From Bacillota bacterium (GTDB lineage: Bacteria > Bacillota > Bacilli > Bacillales > Amphibacillaceae): a stretch of 64,000 nucleotides of DNA. The position numbers and the translations under genes were made by a program. The notes below the pieces were generated by a model. The model was not told the DNA's origin. It did no database searches and worked only from the letters and a program-made list of their open reading frames with translations. The stretch is taken from positions 21,289-85,288 of the forward strand of contig DATGUM010000037.1 of assembly GCA_035301345.1 (NCBI GenBank). The letters run 5' to 3'. This document shows positions 44,200 through 55,811 of the stretch, piece after piece; position 1 is the first letter of the stretch, and each line of letters opens with the position of its first letter.

Positions 44200-45486
44200 T
44201 TAATCAAAAAAGTATTTGAATAAGTTCGCGATTTTCGAATCTTTTTTCTCGTGATTTTTTGTATTATCTTTCGGAACAGATGGTTTCTTCGGTTGACGTC
44301 TCGGCTTAATATCTTCTGACTGTTCTGTTAAAGATGGGCTCAAATCTCTCCCTTGAATCTTCGCATTATGATCAGCAAACTGTAAAATGCCAACGCTAGA
44401 TGTATATTGTGGTTCTCTTACACCAATATAGTCAGGTATCGCTACTCTAACACTTTTATTGAACATCTCTTGAGCTAATTCAATTGCCCCGGGAAGTTTC
44501 ATTGTTCCCCCTGTTAAAACAAAGCCACCTGGTACTTCATCATAGCCCATTTTATAGATTTCTCGATCAACATATTCGAAAATCTCTTCTAATCTTGCTT
44601 CAATCATATCAGCAATTTCTGCTTGATTTGACGTTAACTTTTCATTACTCCCAATCGGCGTTACTTGAAAAGTTTCTTCATGACTTGCTGTTTCATAGTA
44701 AGCATGTCCATAATTAACTTTTATTTGTTCGGCTTCTTCTGTAGATGTTCTTAAACCAATCGATAAGTCTTTTGTTATATTATCGCCACCAAGCGGAACG
44801 ATGCTTGTAGCGACGAGGTGATCGTTTTCAAAAATTGATACCGTTGAACAACCTCCACCTATGTCTACAAGTGCAATGCCTAACTTCTTCTCGTCATTTG
44901 ACAATGCAATTTCCCCAGAAGCTAAAGGCTGTAAACAAATGTCCGCAACTTCTAATCCTGCGCGTTCCACACATTTTAACAAATTATGTAAAATTGTTTT
45001 TGAACATGTAATAATTGTTCCTTCCATTTCTAAACGAACACCTATCATTCCACGTGGATCATTGATTTCATCTAATCCATCAACGATAAAGTGTCTAGGA
45101 ATCACATCAATGATTTCCCTTTCTGGTGGAATTGAAACGACTTGTGCTCCGTCAATAACTCGACCGACATCTTCATTTGTAATTTCTCTGTTCTCACTCT
45201 GTACAGCTACAACACCGTGACACGGTTGCAGTTTTATATGGTTTCCATCAATACCTACAATTACACTGTTTATTGACATCCCTACCATACGCTCTGCCTG
45301 TTCAACTGCTTGTGTAATTGATTGAACAGTTTTATCAATATCTACAATGGCACCTTTTCTAATGCCCTTCGATGGAGCTGTCCCCATCCCAATTACATTT
45401 AAAGAGTTGTGTAATACTTCACCTATAACAACTTTTACTGTTGAAGTTCCTATATCTAAACTAACTAAAATTTCACCATCATTCAA
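44200..45486 (-). CDS. ftsA: Cell division protein FtsA
   Basis: LDIGTS, DPRGMIGVRLE, DIGGG, LTGG motifs; amphipathic tail. Confidence 0.97.
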   Translation of the reverse strand: MNDGEILVSLDIGTSTVKVVIGEVLHNSLNVIGMGTAPSKGIRKGAIVDIDKTVQSITQAVEQAERMVGMSINSVIVGIDGNHIKLQPCHGVVAVQSENREITNEDVGRVIDGAQVVSIPPEREIIDVIPRHFIVDGLDEINDPRGMIGVRLEMEGTIITCSKTILHNLLKCVERAGLEVADICLQPLASGEIALSNDEKKLGIALVDIGGGCSTVSIFENDHLVATSIVPLGGDNITKDLSIGLRTSTEEAEQIKVNYGHAYYETASHEETFQVTPIGSNEKLTSNQAEIADMIEARLEEIFEYVDREIYKMGYDEVPGGFVLTGGTMKLPGAIELAQEMFNKSVRVAIPDYIGVREPQYTSSVGILQFADHNAKIQGRDLSPSLTEQSEDIKPRRQPKKPSVPKDNTKNHEKKDSKIANLFKYFFD

Positions 45487-45651
45487 TGAAGGGCACCTCC
45501 TACACTAATATTACCAAATATCATTTCTTTTAACATTAATATTTTCACATCAATTATAATTACTCTATAATATCTATTCCCTCTATTATAGGATAATTTA
45601 TATGTTCTTCAAACTAAATTTTGACAATACATGACAAATAGTTATAATATC

Positions 45652-46473
45652 CTACTCTACTTGTTCTTCTGCAGGTTCTTCTGCGGATTCTTCTACTTGT
45701 TCTTCTGCGGGTTCTTCCTCTTGTTCATCTACCTGTTCATTAAAGTCTTCAAAATAGGCGCCCGCACCAATATGTACGATACCTTTTTGTTCAGGATCTA
45801 ATTGCGAAACGATGGATGGATATACTTCCATTTTATTAGCAAAATCTCTTATCGTCCCACTAACCATATAACCATCATTCATATAGACTGTAATTTTATG
45901 CTTATTATTTTCAGTTGGTTCCCAATGGACTTCGGAAACTAAGTTAAATAAACTTTTCGATAATTTATCAAATTCGTCTAAAATGCGCTCTAAATATTCA
46001 TCTTCTGTGAAATTAACAAATAAAGGTGCCTCACCACTTGGGTTTTCATGAGGCAGACGCTCACCGCTATTTAAGACAGGATAATACTTATCTTCAACGA
46101 CGACGTAACCGATTAACTCAAATTCTTCGAGTGTAATATTTAACTCACGTGGCAAACTTCTCTTAACTTCAGCACGATGAATGACATTGCTTTGAACGAG
46201 TGAATTTCTTATCTTTTTTGGACTTGTTCCCCAAATATTATCACCTATTGATACTTTACTCTGTTCAATGACTTCCTCATCAGTTAATAAATCATTTCCT
46301 TTTATATTTATCTTTTTCACTTGACTAAGTGGCGACTGCAAATAAATAATAACAATAATTAACATGAGGAAAAGTGATAAATAAAATATGAGTCTACGAT
46401 TTGCTTTCTTCCTTCGACGCTCTTTTAATTTAGGTATTCTATCCTCTATCGAAACAATCTTCTTTTTATTCAT
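45652..46473 (-). CDS. divIB: Cell division protein DivIB/FtsQ
   Basis: IEDRIPKLK, TM helix, YLQSPLS, POTRA domain, MNDG. Confidence 0.93.
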   Translation of the reverse strand: MNKKKIVSIEDRIPKLKERRRKKANRRLIFYLSLFLMLIIVIIYLQSPLSQVKKINIKGNDLLTDEEVIEQSKVSIGDNIWGTSPKKIRNSLVQSNVIHRAEVKRSLPRELNITLEEFELIGYVVVEDKYYPVLNSGERLPHENPSGEAPLFVNFTEDEYLERILDEFDKLSKSLFNLVSEVHWEPTENNKHKITVYMNDGYMVSGTIRDFANKMEVYPSIVSQLDPEQKGIVHIGAGAYFEDFNEQVDEQEEEPAEEQVEESAEEPAEEQVE

Positions 46474-46656
46474 AAAAATGTTTCTCCCATTTACACTGTT
46501 AAAGTGAATAATAACAATAATTATAACATAACTAGTGACGTTTAACGATGATAAAAATAATGCACTAAAATTAAATAGTTTCAGGTTAATTTTTGTCCCG
46601 ACATTACTATAACCAAAGAACGTATTTCTTAAACTGTTTAACCATCATTTTTTCCA

Positions 46657-48009
46657 TCATTTATGTATTGTTTTTAATGTTTGAATGAATTCATTGCCAC
46701 GTTCTTCAAATGTTCGATACTGATCCCAACTAGCACATGCAGGAGAAAGTAATATAACATCTCCTTTAGCTGATTGTTCAAAAGCCTTAATTGTAGCTTC
46801 TTTGACATTTTCGGCAAATATTATATGTTCTATATTTGCTTCATCACCCGCCGCTTTCAACTTCTCCTTCGTCTCACCGAATAAAACCATTGCTTTCACA
46901 TGTTTAAGTGCAGGAATGATTTCTTTAAAATCATTGCCACGATCGAGACCACCCGCTAATAGTATCGTCGGTTGATTAAAGGCTGCTAAAGCTTTTTTTG
47001 TTGCAAGAATGTTCGTAGCTTTAGAATCATTGTAAAATAAGCGTTCATTTATTTCTTCAACAAATTGTAAGCGATGTTCAACACCACTAAATGTCATTAA
47101 CACTCTTTTTATCACTTCATTTGATATGTCGTTCACTTTTGCACAACATATAGCAGCGAGAATATTTTCTAAATTATGGTCGCCAACGAGGCGAATATCT
47201 TTTCGTTCGATAACTTTTTCATCTTTATAAAAAACAGCGTCATCATTTACCCATCCGCCGTCAATATTTTTCTCTTTTATCGAGAACGGAATTTTTTGGC
47301 TAGTCGCTTGAGCAATATGTTCTCGTATATGACTATTATCTTTATTAAAAATAACTATATCATTATCATCTTGATTATTTAGCATATTGAACTTTGCTTC
47401 AATATAATTTTCCATCGTCCCATGATAATCAAGGTGAGCTTCATAAATATTAAGCAAAATTGCCACTTTAGGTTTAAATGTTCTCGTCCCTAAAAGTTGA
47501 AAAGAGGAGAGCTCGACAATCATCTGTTCATCATTAGTCATCTGACTAGCTACTTCTGTTGCAACAGTTCCTATATTACCCGCCAACTTTACCTTTTTAT
47601 GTGCTTGCATAAACATGTCATAAATAAGTGTCGTCGTCGTTGTTTTTCCGTTAGAACCTGTAATCCCAATCATTCGATTCCCAATTAATAAGCTTGCTAA
47701 TTCTATTTCAGTAATGATTGGAATATCTTGTTTTATTGCTTCTTTAATTAATACATTTTCATAAGGGATACCTGGATTTTTAACAATGATATCAATGTTA
47801 TTTAATAAAGAAAGTGGATGAGATCCAAGGACAACTTGAGCACCCTTTGCCCTTAATTCTTGAACGTCCTTATCTTCTTCACTTGCACCTAAATCATTAA
47901 CAATGACACGTTTATTATTTTTCATCAAAAAAGTCGCTGCTGCCATACCACTTTTTGCTAAACCTAATACGAGCACATTTTTATATGGAAAGTTTTTTAA
48001 TTCATTCAC
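46657..48009 (-). CDS. murD: UDP-N-acetylmuramoylalanine-D-glutamate ligase
   Basis: [34 protein letters not shown]; GTG start overlapping the mraY stop. Confidence 0.96.
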   Translation of the reverse strand: MNELKNFPYKNVLVLGLAKSGMAAATFLMKNNKRVIVNDLGASEEDKDVQELRAKGAQVVLGSHPLSLLNNIDIIVKNPGIPYENVLIKEAIKQDIPIITEIELASLLIGNRMIGITGSNGKTTTTTLIYDMFMQAHKKVKLAGNIGTVATEVASQMTNDEQMIVELSSFQLLGTRTFKPKVAILLNIYEAHLDYHGTMENYIEAKFNMLNNQDDNDIVIFNKDNSHIREHIAQATSQKIPFSIKEKNIDGGWVNDDAVFYKDEKVIERKDIRLVGDHNLENILAAICCAKVNDISNEVIKRVLMTFSGVEHRLQFVEEINERLFYNDSKATNILATKKALAAFNQPTILLAGGLDRGNDFKEIIPALKHVKAMVLFGETKEKLKAAGDEANIEHIIFAENVKEATIKAFEQSAKGDVILLSPACASWDQYRTFEERGNEFIQTLKTIHK

Positions 48010-48995
48010 GAAAGCACCACCCCTAAAGAAACTCCGATAACAGCAAATATGAGACCTACAAACCAAAATGTAATTACGACGCGCCATTCTGACCAACCGA
48101 CTAGTTCATAATGGTGGTGAAGAGGACTCATCCGAAATACACGTTTACCAGTCGTTTTAAAAGAAATGACCTGAATAATAACAGATAATGTTTCAATGAC
48201 AAAAACGCCACCGATAATAACGAGTAATATTTCTTGTTTTGATAATATAGCAACCCCAGCAATTGCCGCACCGAGTGCTAAGGACCCTGTATCTCCCATA
48301 AAAACTTTTGCCGGATGCGCGTTAAATACTAAAAAGCCTAACAGCGCTCCAACAGTCGCAAGTGAGAAGACAGTCAAGTCAATTTGCTCTACTTGCCATG
48401 CTGTTAAAATTGCAAACGCTCCGAATGCAATTGATGCAGTTCCTGCAAGTAAACCATCTAGGCCATCAGTTAAGTTCACGGCATTAGATGATCCGACAAT
48501 CATAAATACGACTAACACGCCATAAAGAAGGCCAATATCAAACGTAAAGTTAGTTGCTGGTATAGAGACTGTCGTAGGAAAATCAAATAACAACAAAATA
48601 ATATAAAAAATAATACCAATTAACAGTTGTGCAAATAATTTTTGCTTCGATGTTAATCCTTCATTCTTTTTTCGTAAAATGATAAGTACATCATCAAGGA
48701 ATCCGATAAGCCCATATCCGAATAAAAGAAATAGTACGAGCCAAAACTGATAACTAATTGTCGTTGGGATGAACCACGTAGCAATAATTAAAGATGTTAT
48801 GATGATACTTAAAATGATCATAACACCACCCATTGTCGGTGTCCCAGCTTTTTTCATATGTGACTGTGGGCCTTCTTCACGAATGCTCTGTCCGAATTTT
48901 AGTTTTCGTAAAAAAGGTATTAATATCGGAGAAATTAATACCGTTATAAAAAAAGATATAGCTAATGTTATTATTAGTGTATTCATAAAAACCAT
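48006..48995 (-). CDS. mraY: Phospho-N-acetylmuramoyl-pentapeptide transferase
   Basis: [32 protein letters not shown] motifs. Confidence 0.97.
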   Translation of the reverse strand: MVFMNTLIITLAISFFITVLISPILIPFLRKLKFGQSIREEGPQSHMKKAGTPTMGGVMIILSIIITSLIIATWFIPTTISYQFWLVLFLLFGYGLIGFLDDVLIILRKKNEGLTSKQKLFAQLLIGIIFYIILLLFDFPTTVSIPATNFTFDIGLLYGVLVVFMIVGSSNAVNLTDGLDGLLAGTASIAFGAFAILTAWQVEQIDLTVFSLATVGALLGFLVFNAHPAKVFMGDTGSLALGAAIAGVAILSKQEILLVIIGGVFVIETLSVIIQVISFKTTGKRVFRMSPLHHHYELVGWSEWRVVITFWFVGLIFAVIGVSLGVVLS

Positions 48996-49019
48996 TGAGA
49001 TTTTTCCTCCTTGCTCATA

Positions 49020-50399
49020 TCAATTATTACTCATTTCTAAATGACTAATAATTGTTTCAAATGCCATGCCTCGTGATGCCTTAAACAGAACGAGAGTTTG
49101 TTCATTAAGCTCTTTTTTAATCGCTTCAACAAGTGCCTCTTCTGATGAGAAGTGCTTTACAAATACTTCTGTATTGTTTGTCGACGCTTGATTACTTATG
49201 TATTTCGCTTGATCGCCATAAGTAAATAATATATTAATCGGTTTTAAAATAACGTCTGCGATTGAGCGGTGAAGTAATTCAGATTGATCACCGAGTTCAA
49301 AAACGTCACCTAAAACGATTATTTTTTTCTCATACTGTTTCATTTCCTTCACAACGTTTATCGTTGCTTTCATCGATGTTGGCGATGCATTATACGCATC
49401 ATTAATAAGAACTGAATCATTAAGTCCTTCTAACATTTCAAAACGCATACCTGTTACCTTTAACGATTTAAAGCCTTTTTGAATACACTCATCCGATACA
49501 TTTAACTGCTTTGCAATCGCATAACAATATGCTGCGTTATATGTATGGTGTCGTCCTAATAGTGGAATGACAAACGTCTTAATTTCTTCTTCGTCTTTTA
49601 GTTGGAAGCTCGTTTCATCCTCTTTTATATCGACGTGAGTTATTTGAATGTCATTCGTTTCCTCTACCCCACAACTTATAACATTTGACTGATTAATCAT
49701 GTCTTTTAATAAACGTTCATCACCGTCAACAATTAGTTTACCTTCAGCTTTTAACCCTTCAGAAATTTCTAACTTTGCTCGTTTAATACCTTCACGAGAA
49801 CCTAAATATTCTATATGTGACTCACCAATGTTTGTAATAATTGCATAATCTGGCTGAGCAATGTGTGATAATCGTTCAATTTCTTTAAAGTCATTCATTC
49901 CCATTTCTAAAACTAACATGTCTACATCATTTGACATGCTAAGTATCGTTAATGGCATACCTATATGATTGTTATAGTTACCTTTTGTTGCATGTGTTAC
50001 ATATTTTTCCTTTAAAACTGTATACATTAAATCTTTTGTTGTCGTTTTACCATTTGAACCTGTTATCCCGATAACTGTAGGATTCACTTTATTTCGATAA
50101 GCTTTTGCTAGTTCTTGTAGCGCTTCTAACGTATCATCGACTAAAAAAAATACCGCATCATCATATGTAATTTCAGGTAATTGCCGGTTCTTTTGCCATA
50201 AAATAGCTCGAGCTCCATTGTCAATTGCTTGATTGACAAAATCATGAGCGTCAAAATTGTCACCAACAATAGGAATAAACAAGCAATTGGTCGCTTCCTC
50301 GCGACTATCAGTGATTACTCGTTCTATAATCATTTCTTCATCTAAAATTCCTACAGTCTCATTAAATATGGACTTTAGCCATCCTAATTTAAATAACAT
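49020..50399 (-). CDS. murF: UDP-MurNAc-tripeptide-D-Ala-D-Ala ligase
   Basis: [36 protein letters not shown] motifs. Confidence 0.95.
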   Translation of the reverse strand: MLFKLGWLKSIFNETVGILDEEMIIERVITDSREEATNCLFIPIVGDNFDAHDFVNQAIDNGARAILWQKNRQLPEITYDDAVFFLVDDTLEALQELAKAYRNKVNPTVIGITGSNGKTTTKDLMYTVLKEKYVTHATKGNYNNHIGMPLTILSMSNDVDMLVLEMGMNDFKEIERLSHIAQPDYAIITNIGESHIEYLGSREGIKRAKLEISEGLKAEGKLIVDGDERLLKDMINQSNVISCGVEETNDIQITHVDIKEDETSFQLKDEEEIKTFVIPLLGRHHTYNAAYCYAIAKQLNVSDECIQKGFKSLKVTGMRFEMLEGLNDSVLINDAYNASPTSMKATINVVKEMKQYEKKIIVLGDVFELGDQSELLHRSIADVILKPINILFTYGDQAKYISNQASTNNTEVFVKHFSSEEALVEAIKKELNEQTLVLFKASRGMAFETIISHLEMSNN

Positions 50400-51871
50400 T
50401 ATCTGTTCTCCTTATTAATCATTGCTTCTTTAGCTATTTCGCGGTCATCAAAATCAATTCGTTCACCGTTAATCTCCTGGTACGTCTCATGACCTTTTCC
50501 AGCAATTAATATAATGTCACCGGATGTTGCTCGATTAACCGCTGCTTCTATTGCTAATTTACGGTCAACTATAACTTCATAATTTTCTGTCTGTAAATTT
50601 TTCGTCATATCAGATAATATCATTTCAGGATTTTCAGTTCTCGGATTATCAGACGTTAAAATAGCGTAATCTGCCAATTTTGTCGCTGCTTCTGCCATTA
50701 AAGGTCGCTTCGTCTTATCACGGTCGCCACCACAACCAACGACTACATAAACGTCATTCTCTACAAACTCATTTACTGTTTTTAATACGTTTTCTAGTGA
50801 ATCAGGTGTGTGTGCATAGTCAACAATCGTTGCATAATCTGTATCGACATTTACTTTCTCAAAGCGTCCGTCAACACCGGATATATTTTCTAATGATCGT
50901 TTAATCGTTGCTAAATCGATTGAAGAAGCATACGCTACAGCACTAGCTGCAAGCATATTATAAACATTAAACAAGCCGATTAAAGGGCTGTTCACTTCAA
51001 TCGTTCCTTGCGGTGTATGCAAACGAAAGCTCGTAGCGTTCATCGTAATTTTTATGTCAGTCGCACGGATGTCGGCATCTTTTTCAATCCCATAAGTTAA
51101 AACTGGTTGAGCTGAATGATTTATCAGCTTTTCCCCATAGTTATCGTCAATGTTTATAATTGAAAATTTTGGTTCATTTTGATTGAATGTATTTCCTAAT
51201 TGCGAAAACAAAAGTGACTTCGCATAGAAATATTCGTCCATATTCGTATGAAAGTCGAGGTGATCCTGCGATAAATTAGTGAATAAAGCAATATCAAAAT
51301 TTGCTCCGTGCACTCTTCCTAATTGAAGCGCATGAGAAGAAACTTCCATAATAGCTGTGTCTACGTGAGCATCTCTCATTCGTTGAAATGTTCGTTGTAA
51401 CGTTAGAGCATCAGGTGTTGTGTTTTTAACTGGAAAACTATCATCACCAATTTTCACTTGAATCGTTCCAATAACACCTGTTTTTTTATTAAATTCTTGG
51501 TAAATCTTTTCTAATATGTATGTAATCGTCGTTTTTCCATTCGTCCCAGTAATGCCAATGAGTTGCAAGTCGTCTGTCGGATAACGATAAAAGTGAGTAG
51601 CTAACATCGGTAATACACGGCTCGTATCTAACACTTTAATAACTGGCACATCTACATTTACCGGTTCTTCCGCAACAATTGCAACAGCACCTTTTCTGAC
51701 GGCTTCTTCTGCAAATGTATGTCCATCAACTGTATGTCCTCTGATACAAATAAACACGTCGCCTTCTTCTACCAGACGATGGTCAATTTGTAATGTTCGA
51801 ACTGTTATATCATCAATATTTTTATCCTTTTCATAAAAGGGTATGATTGAAAGTAATTGTAATAAATCCAT
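50399..51871 (-). CDS. murE: UDP-MurNAc-dipeptide-meso-DAP ligase
   Basis: GTNGKTT, EVSSH, DYAHTPD, DNPR (meso-DAP specificity), AGKGHE. Confidence 0.96.
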   Translation of the reverse strand: MDLLQLLSIIPFYEKDKNIDDITVRTLQIDHRLVEEGDVFICIRGHTVDGHTFAEEAVRKGAVAIVAEEPVNVDVPVIKVLDTSRVLPMLATHFYRYPTDDLQLIGITGTNGKTTITYILEKIYQEFNKKTGVIGTIQVKIGDDSFPVKNTTPDALTLQRTFQRMRDAHVDTAIMEVSSHALQLGRVHGANFDIALFTNLSQDHLDFHTNMDEYFYAKSLLFSQLGNTFNQNEPKFSIINIDDNYGEKLINHSAQPVLTYGIEKDADIRATDIKITMNATSFRLHTPQGTIEVNSPLIGLFNVYNMLAASAVAYASSIDLATIKRSLENISGVDGRFEKVNVDTDYATIVDYAHTPDSLENVLKTVNEFVENDVYVVVGCGGDRDKTKRPLMAEAATKLADYAILTSDNPRTENPEMILSDMTKNLQTENYEVIVDRKLAIEAAVNRATSGDIILIAGKGHETYQEINGERIDFDDREIAKEAMINKENR

Positions 51872-52071
51872 TAGACACATCCTATTCTATAAACCCACAT
51901 TTTTAACGTAAATAGACACGTTTAGTCGTGTGTAAAAGTATCTCTCCTATTATAACAAACTTCAAATAAGTAAACGATAATTTCAGAGTAAAAGTAACAG
52001 TTTCTTAATAAACAGACAAAAAGCGCCATTTCAACGCTCCATTAAATCGTTGATAATAACGCTTCTGTTCA

Positions 52072-54396
52072 TTATTGTTCTTCATTCTCTACTTGTTGAT
52101 CACTTGATTGATTTTCCGGATTTTCTTCGTCTTGTTGTTCTTGTTCCTCTTGCTGCTCCTGTTCTTCTTGTTCATCTGCTGATTCATCATCTGTCTCATC
52201 AACTTCTTCAGATGATAGGTCTTCCTTTGATAACGGTGCAAACTCAACACCTAAATATGCACCTTTTTTCAGAGGCTTACCTGCTTCAATACTTTGTTTT
52301 ATAACAAAACCATTTCCTATCGGTTCAAATTGCAGTTCTAGCATTTTAGCGAGGCCATAAACATCTCTTAGTGACCAGCCAGTCATATCGGGCATTTTCG
52401 GTTTATCCGTTAATAGTAAAATACGTTCATTTAGCAAGATGCTGTCACCAGCTTTCACACTTGCTTGTTCTAACTTTTCGCCGCTCCCTATTGTTAACAC
52501 TTGAAACCCTTTTTCTTCTAATTGTTTCTTAACTGATTTAACGTCTCCCTTTAACTCTGGCACTTTCGCTGAGTAAGTTTCCTTCTCATCTTCCTTATCA
52601 GGTGTAACATTTAAATAGTGTAAACTATTTTCCATCACTTTATTAAAAATAAATGAAACAGGATCTGCACCCACTTCGTTATCAGCTAATTTTGGCTGTG
52701 AAACTGCGACATACATGATAAGTTCTGGATCATCTTTAGGTGCCATACCTAAAAATGAAAAAATGTTATTATTTTTACCTGTTAAATAAGCTGTCGTCCC
52801 ATCCGGATTAGGTATTTGCGCTGTTCCTGTTTTACCTATGACCGAGTAACTATTTAAATTATATGCACTACCTGTTCCATTTTCACTCGTTACGACATCA
52901 TTCATTAGTTCGAGTACTTTCTCAGCCGCTTCTTCTGAAACTGGTTGTCCTACGACTTCTTTCTCATTCTCTTCAAGAACTTTACCATCCTTTGGATCGA
53001 CGATTCTTTTTATGACAAATGGCTTTAGCATTTCTCCGCCATTGGCAATAGCTGTAGCAGCCTTCATCTGTTGAATAGGAGTAACTGTACTACCTTGTCC
53101 GAAAGAAGTCGTTAATTTCTCCGCCGGCCAATCATACAGTATTCTCCCTCCGACTTCCCCAGGTAAATCAATGCCTGTTTCTTTATCAAATTCAAACGCT
53201 TTTAAGTAATCAAGAAATTCATCTGGACCAATTTTCTCCCATACGAGCTTTGATGCTGCAACGTTTGAGGATCGAGCAAACCCTTCATCATATGAAATCT
53301 TCCCCCAGCCTTGTCCTTGATTATGGTCATTAACTGCACTAACTCTTTCATTAATTTTATAACGACCTGATTGGAATTGTTCATCACCATTATAGACTCC
53401 AGCATCAATGGCAGAAGCCCACGTAAACATTTTCACTGTAGACCCTGGTTCAAATGGTGTTGAAATGCTGTCATTATACCAATTCTTAACATCTATTGGA
53501 TCGTTCGGGTTATAACTCGGACGGTTACTCATTGCGACAATTTCACCTGTCTTAGCATTCATGACTGTCGCAGTAATTTTGGATGGTTCATATTTTTCTT
53601 CAACTTCAGACATGACATCTTCTAACAACACTTGAACCTTCTGATCAATTGTTAAATAGATGTCATTCCCATCAACAGGGCTTTTAACAACTTCTTTTGG
53701 ATCGAGTAATTTTTTATTGTACCGATCTCTTTGGTAAGAAACAAAACCATCTTCACCACGTAAAATATCATCTTTTACTTTTTCTATACCAGTTACGCCC
53801 TTAATTGATTGATCACTATCTTCGTCATCATCCTTATTATTTTGAGTGGCAAATCCGATAATATGCGACGCAAAAATATCATTCGGATAATAACGAATAG
53901 ACTCCTTCTCAAAATTAATTCCTGGTAAATCTAACGCTTCAATTTCCTCTTTTTGTTGTTGATTCAGCTCTTTCGTTTGTGAACCAAATTCAACTTGGAA
54001 TAATTCCTTTTCTTTTGCTTCCGTCAGTTTTTCAGCAAAATAATTAGCCTCAACATCGAGGACAGAAGAAAGTTTTTTTGCCGCTTCTTCTATATCAACA
54101 ACATGTTGGGGCTCATCATCTTTAATCGTATATGATTCATCAACAACCGCATATAATTTATATGATGGCCGATCATAAGCAAGTACCATACCATTACTAT
54201 CTAAAATCTTTCCTCGTTCAGATTTCAAATGGTACGTGGACTCGCGCTTATCTTTTGCCCAATCTTGTAACGAAACATTATTTATTTTCCCTGTCGCTTG
54301 AATATAAATAAATCGTCCCGAAATGATTAAAAAAGCAACTATAAAAGCGAGCATTAAAAATTTTGCCATCACATGAGTCGTAAAGTTCTTTTTCAT
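52072..54396 (-). CDS. pbpB: Penicillin-binding protein 2B (class B, FtsI-like)
   Basis: RGKILD, RYYP, EPGSTVK (SxxK), SSN, KTG; PASTA domains; follows ftsL. Confidence 0.93.
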   Translation of the reverse strand: MKKNFTTHVMAKFLMLAFIVAFLIISGRFIYIQATGKINNVSLQDWAKDKRESTYHLKSERGKILDSNGMVLAYDRPSYKLYAVVDESYTIKDDEPQHVVDIEEAAKKLSSVLDVEANYFAEKLTEAKEKELFQVEFGSQTKELNQQQKEEIEALDLPGINFEKESIRYYPNDIFASHIIGFATQNNKDDDEDSDQSIKGVTGIEKVKDDILRGEDGFVSYQRDRYNKKLLDPKEVVKSPVDGNDIYLTIDQKVQVLLEDVMSEVEEKYEPSKITATVMNAKTGEIVAMSNRPSYNPNDPIDVKNWYNDSISTPFEPGSTVKMFTWASAIDAGVYNGDEQFQSGRYKINERVSAVNDHNQGQGWGKISYDEGFARSSNVAASKLVWEKIGPDEFLDYLKAFEFDKETGIDLPGEVGGRILYDWPAEKLTTSFGQGSTVTPIQQMKAATAIANGGEMLKPFVIKRIVDPKDGKVLEENEKEVVGQPVSEEAAEKVLELMNDVVTSENGTGSAYNLNSYSVIGKTGTAQIPNPDGTTAYLTGKNNNIFSFLGMAPKDDPELIMYVAVSQPKLADNEVGADPVSFIFNKVMENSLHYLNVTPDKEDEKETYSAKVPELKGDVKSVKKQLEEKGFQVLTIGSGEKLEQASVKAGDSILLNERILLLTDKPKMPDMTGWSLRDVYGLAKMLELQFEPIGNGFVIKQSIEAGKPLKKGAYLGVEFAPLSKEDLSSEEVDETDDESADEQEEQEQQEEQEQQDEENPENQSSDQQVENEEQ

Positions 54397-54413
54397 AAAA
54401 CGTCCACCTTACA

Positions 54414-54806
54414 TTAGTTACTATTTAGTGCTTTTGCGTGTTTGATTTCACCATCTTCTATTTTTAAACCGTGTTCTTTAGCAATTTGCGTTATTCGCTC
54501 CGGCTTACTTAATTCTTTTATTTCGAATTCTAATCCTTCATTTACAACAATCTGTTGCTCAATTTCAGCCTCGATTGTTTGTACGTCGCGATTAACCGTG
54601 TCAGTCGATGATGAGTATGAAACGATATAATACCCTGCAATGAGCACAACGAAACATATCATCGAATATAATAGCTTTTCGCCTTTCGTAATCCAACTTT
54701 TTTGAACTTTTACCTTTACTTGTTTCTCTCTCGCGTCATATGTATGATTCGAATGTTGTTCACTATATGATTGTTGCCACTTTCTTGCGTTGTTCGTATT
54801 CATCAT
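54414..54806 (-). CDS. ftsL: Cell division protein FtsL
   Basis: ITKGEK, TM helix, coiled coil, ELSKPERI; between rsmH and pbpB. Confidence 0.92.
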   Translation of the reverse strand: MMNTNNARKWQQSYSEQHSNHTYDAREKQVKVKVQKSWITKGEKLLYSMICFVVLIAGYYIVSYSSSTDTVNRDVQTIEAEIEQQIVVNEGLEFEIKELSKPERITQIAKEHGLKIEDGEIKHAKALNSN

Positions 54807-55780
54807 CTTCTCCACCTTTCTTCATGCGCAAATGATTGATCCCATTCTGATATTTTTTCTACGGCACGTAATTTTGCTGATCGTGCACGTAAATTATGAG
54901 TAAGTTCATCTTCACTCGGAATAACCGGCTTTCTCGTAATTACTTTAAATGGTGCCAATTCTTCCTCGGGTAAAATCGGTAAGTTTTTTGGTAATTGCTT
55001 CGGTGTACTCCACTGCTTAAACGCCTGTTTGCATAAACGATCTTCTAATGAATGAAACGTAATGACGACAACTCTTCCCTTATGACTAACGACTTTTGCT
55101 GCGTCATGTAGTGCATCGTTAAAAGCACCTAATTCATCATTAACTGCAATTCGAAGCGCCTGGAAAATTCGCTTAGCAGGATGACCGCCTTTTCTTCGTG
55201 CTGGAGCTGGGATGGCGTCTTTTATAATATCAACGAGTTGTTCCGTCGTTTCAATAACTTCTTTCTCCCGCTCTGCTTCTATTTTTCTTGCTATTTGCTT
55301 TGAAAATTTCTCTTCACCGTATTTAAAAAAGATAGATACGAGATCGTTATATGACCATTCGTTAACGATTTCCTTTGCGTGTAATGATTGTTCTTGATTC
55401 ATTCTCATATCAAGAATGGCATTTTTATTGTAGCTAAAACCTCTTTCACCTTTATCGAGTTGCGGTGAGGATACGCCTAAATCAAAAAGAATACCATCGA
55501 CTTGAGTTATTTTATGTTCAGCTAACTTACTTGCAAGCTGTCTGAAATTTGCATGTATAAACGTTATTTTATCTTCATAAATTGCTAGTCTCTTTTTGGC
55601 TGCATTTAGTGCTTGAATGTCTTGGTCAAAAGCGATGAGCCTTCCACCTTCTTCTAACATAGAGGCAATAGATTCTGAATGACCTCCGCCCCCCACTGTA
55701 CAATCGACATACGTTCCCGACGGATTAATATGTAAGCCTTCGATAGCTTCTTCCTTTAATACTGTCTTATGTACAAACAT
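54803..55780 (-). CDS. rsmH: 16S rRNA m4C1402 methyltransferase RsmH (MraW)
   Basis: [39 protein letters not shown] motifs. Confidence 0.97.
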   Translation of the reverse strand: MFVHKTVLKEEAIEGLHINPSGTYVDCTVGGGGHSESIASMLEEGGRLIAFDQDIQALNAAKKRLAIYEDKITFIHANFRQLASKLAEHKITQVDGILFDLGVSSPQLDKGERGFSYNKNAILDMRMNQEQSLHAKEIVNEWSYNDLVSIFFKYGEEKFSKQIARKIEAEREKEVIETTEQLVDIIKDAIPAPARRKGGHPAKRIFQALRIAVNDELGAFNDALHDAAKVVSHKGRVVVITFHSLEDRLCKQAFKQWSTPKQLPKNLPILPEEELAPFKVITRKPVIPSEDELTHNLRARSAKLRAVEKISEWDQSFAHEERWRR

Positions 55781-55811
55781 TGCAACACCTTCCAGCTTCT
55801 ACTTTAAAACA

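Noticed and set aside
45621-45636. TGTCAT-N4-TGTCAA upstream of ftsA as a WalR box
   Set aside because: The spacer is 4 nt instead of 5 and the half-sites deviate from TGT(A/T)A(A/T/C).
46657-48096. N-terminal extensions in the ORF track (murD, pyrD, pyrR, remA, rpmB, lspA, rluD, rnc, rpn)
   Set aside because: Longest-ORF artefacts; downstream starts have proper RBS spacing and match family N-termini.
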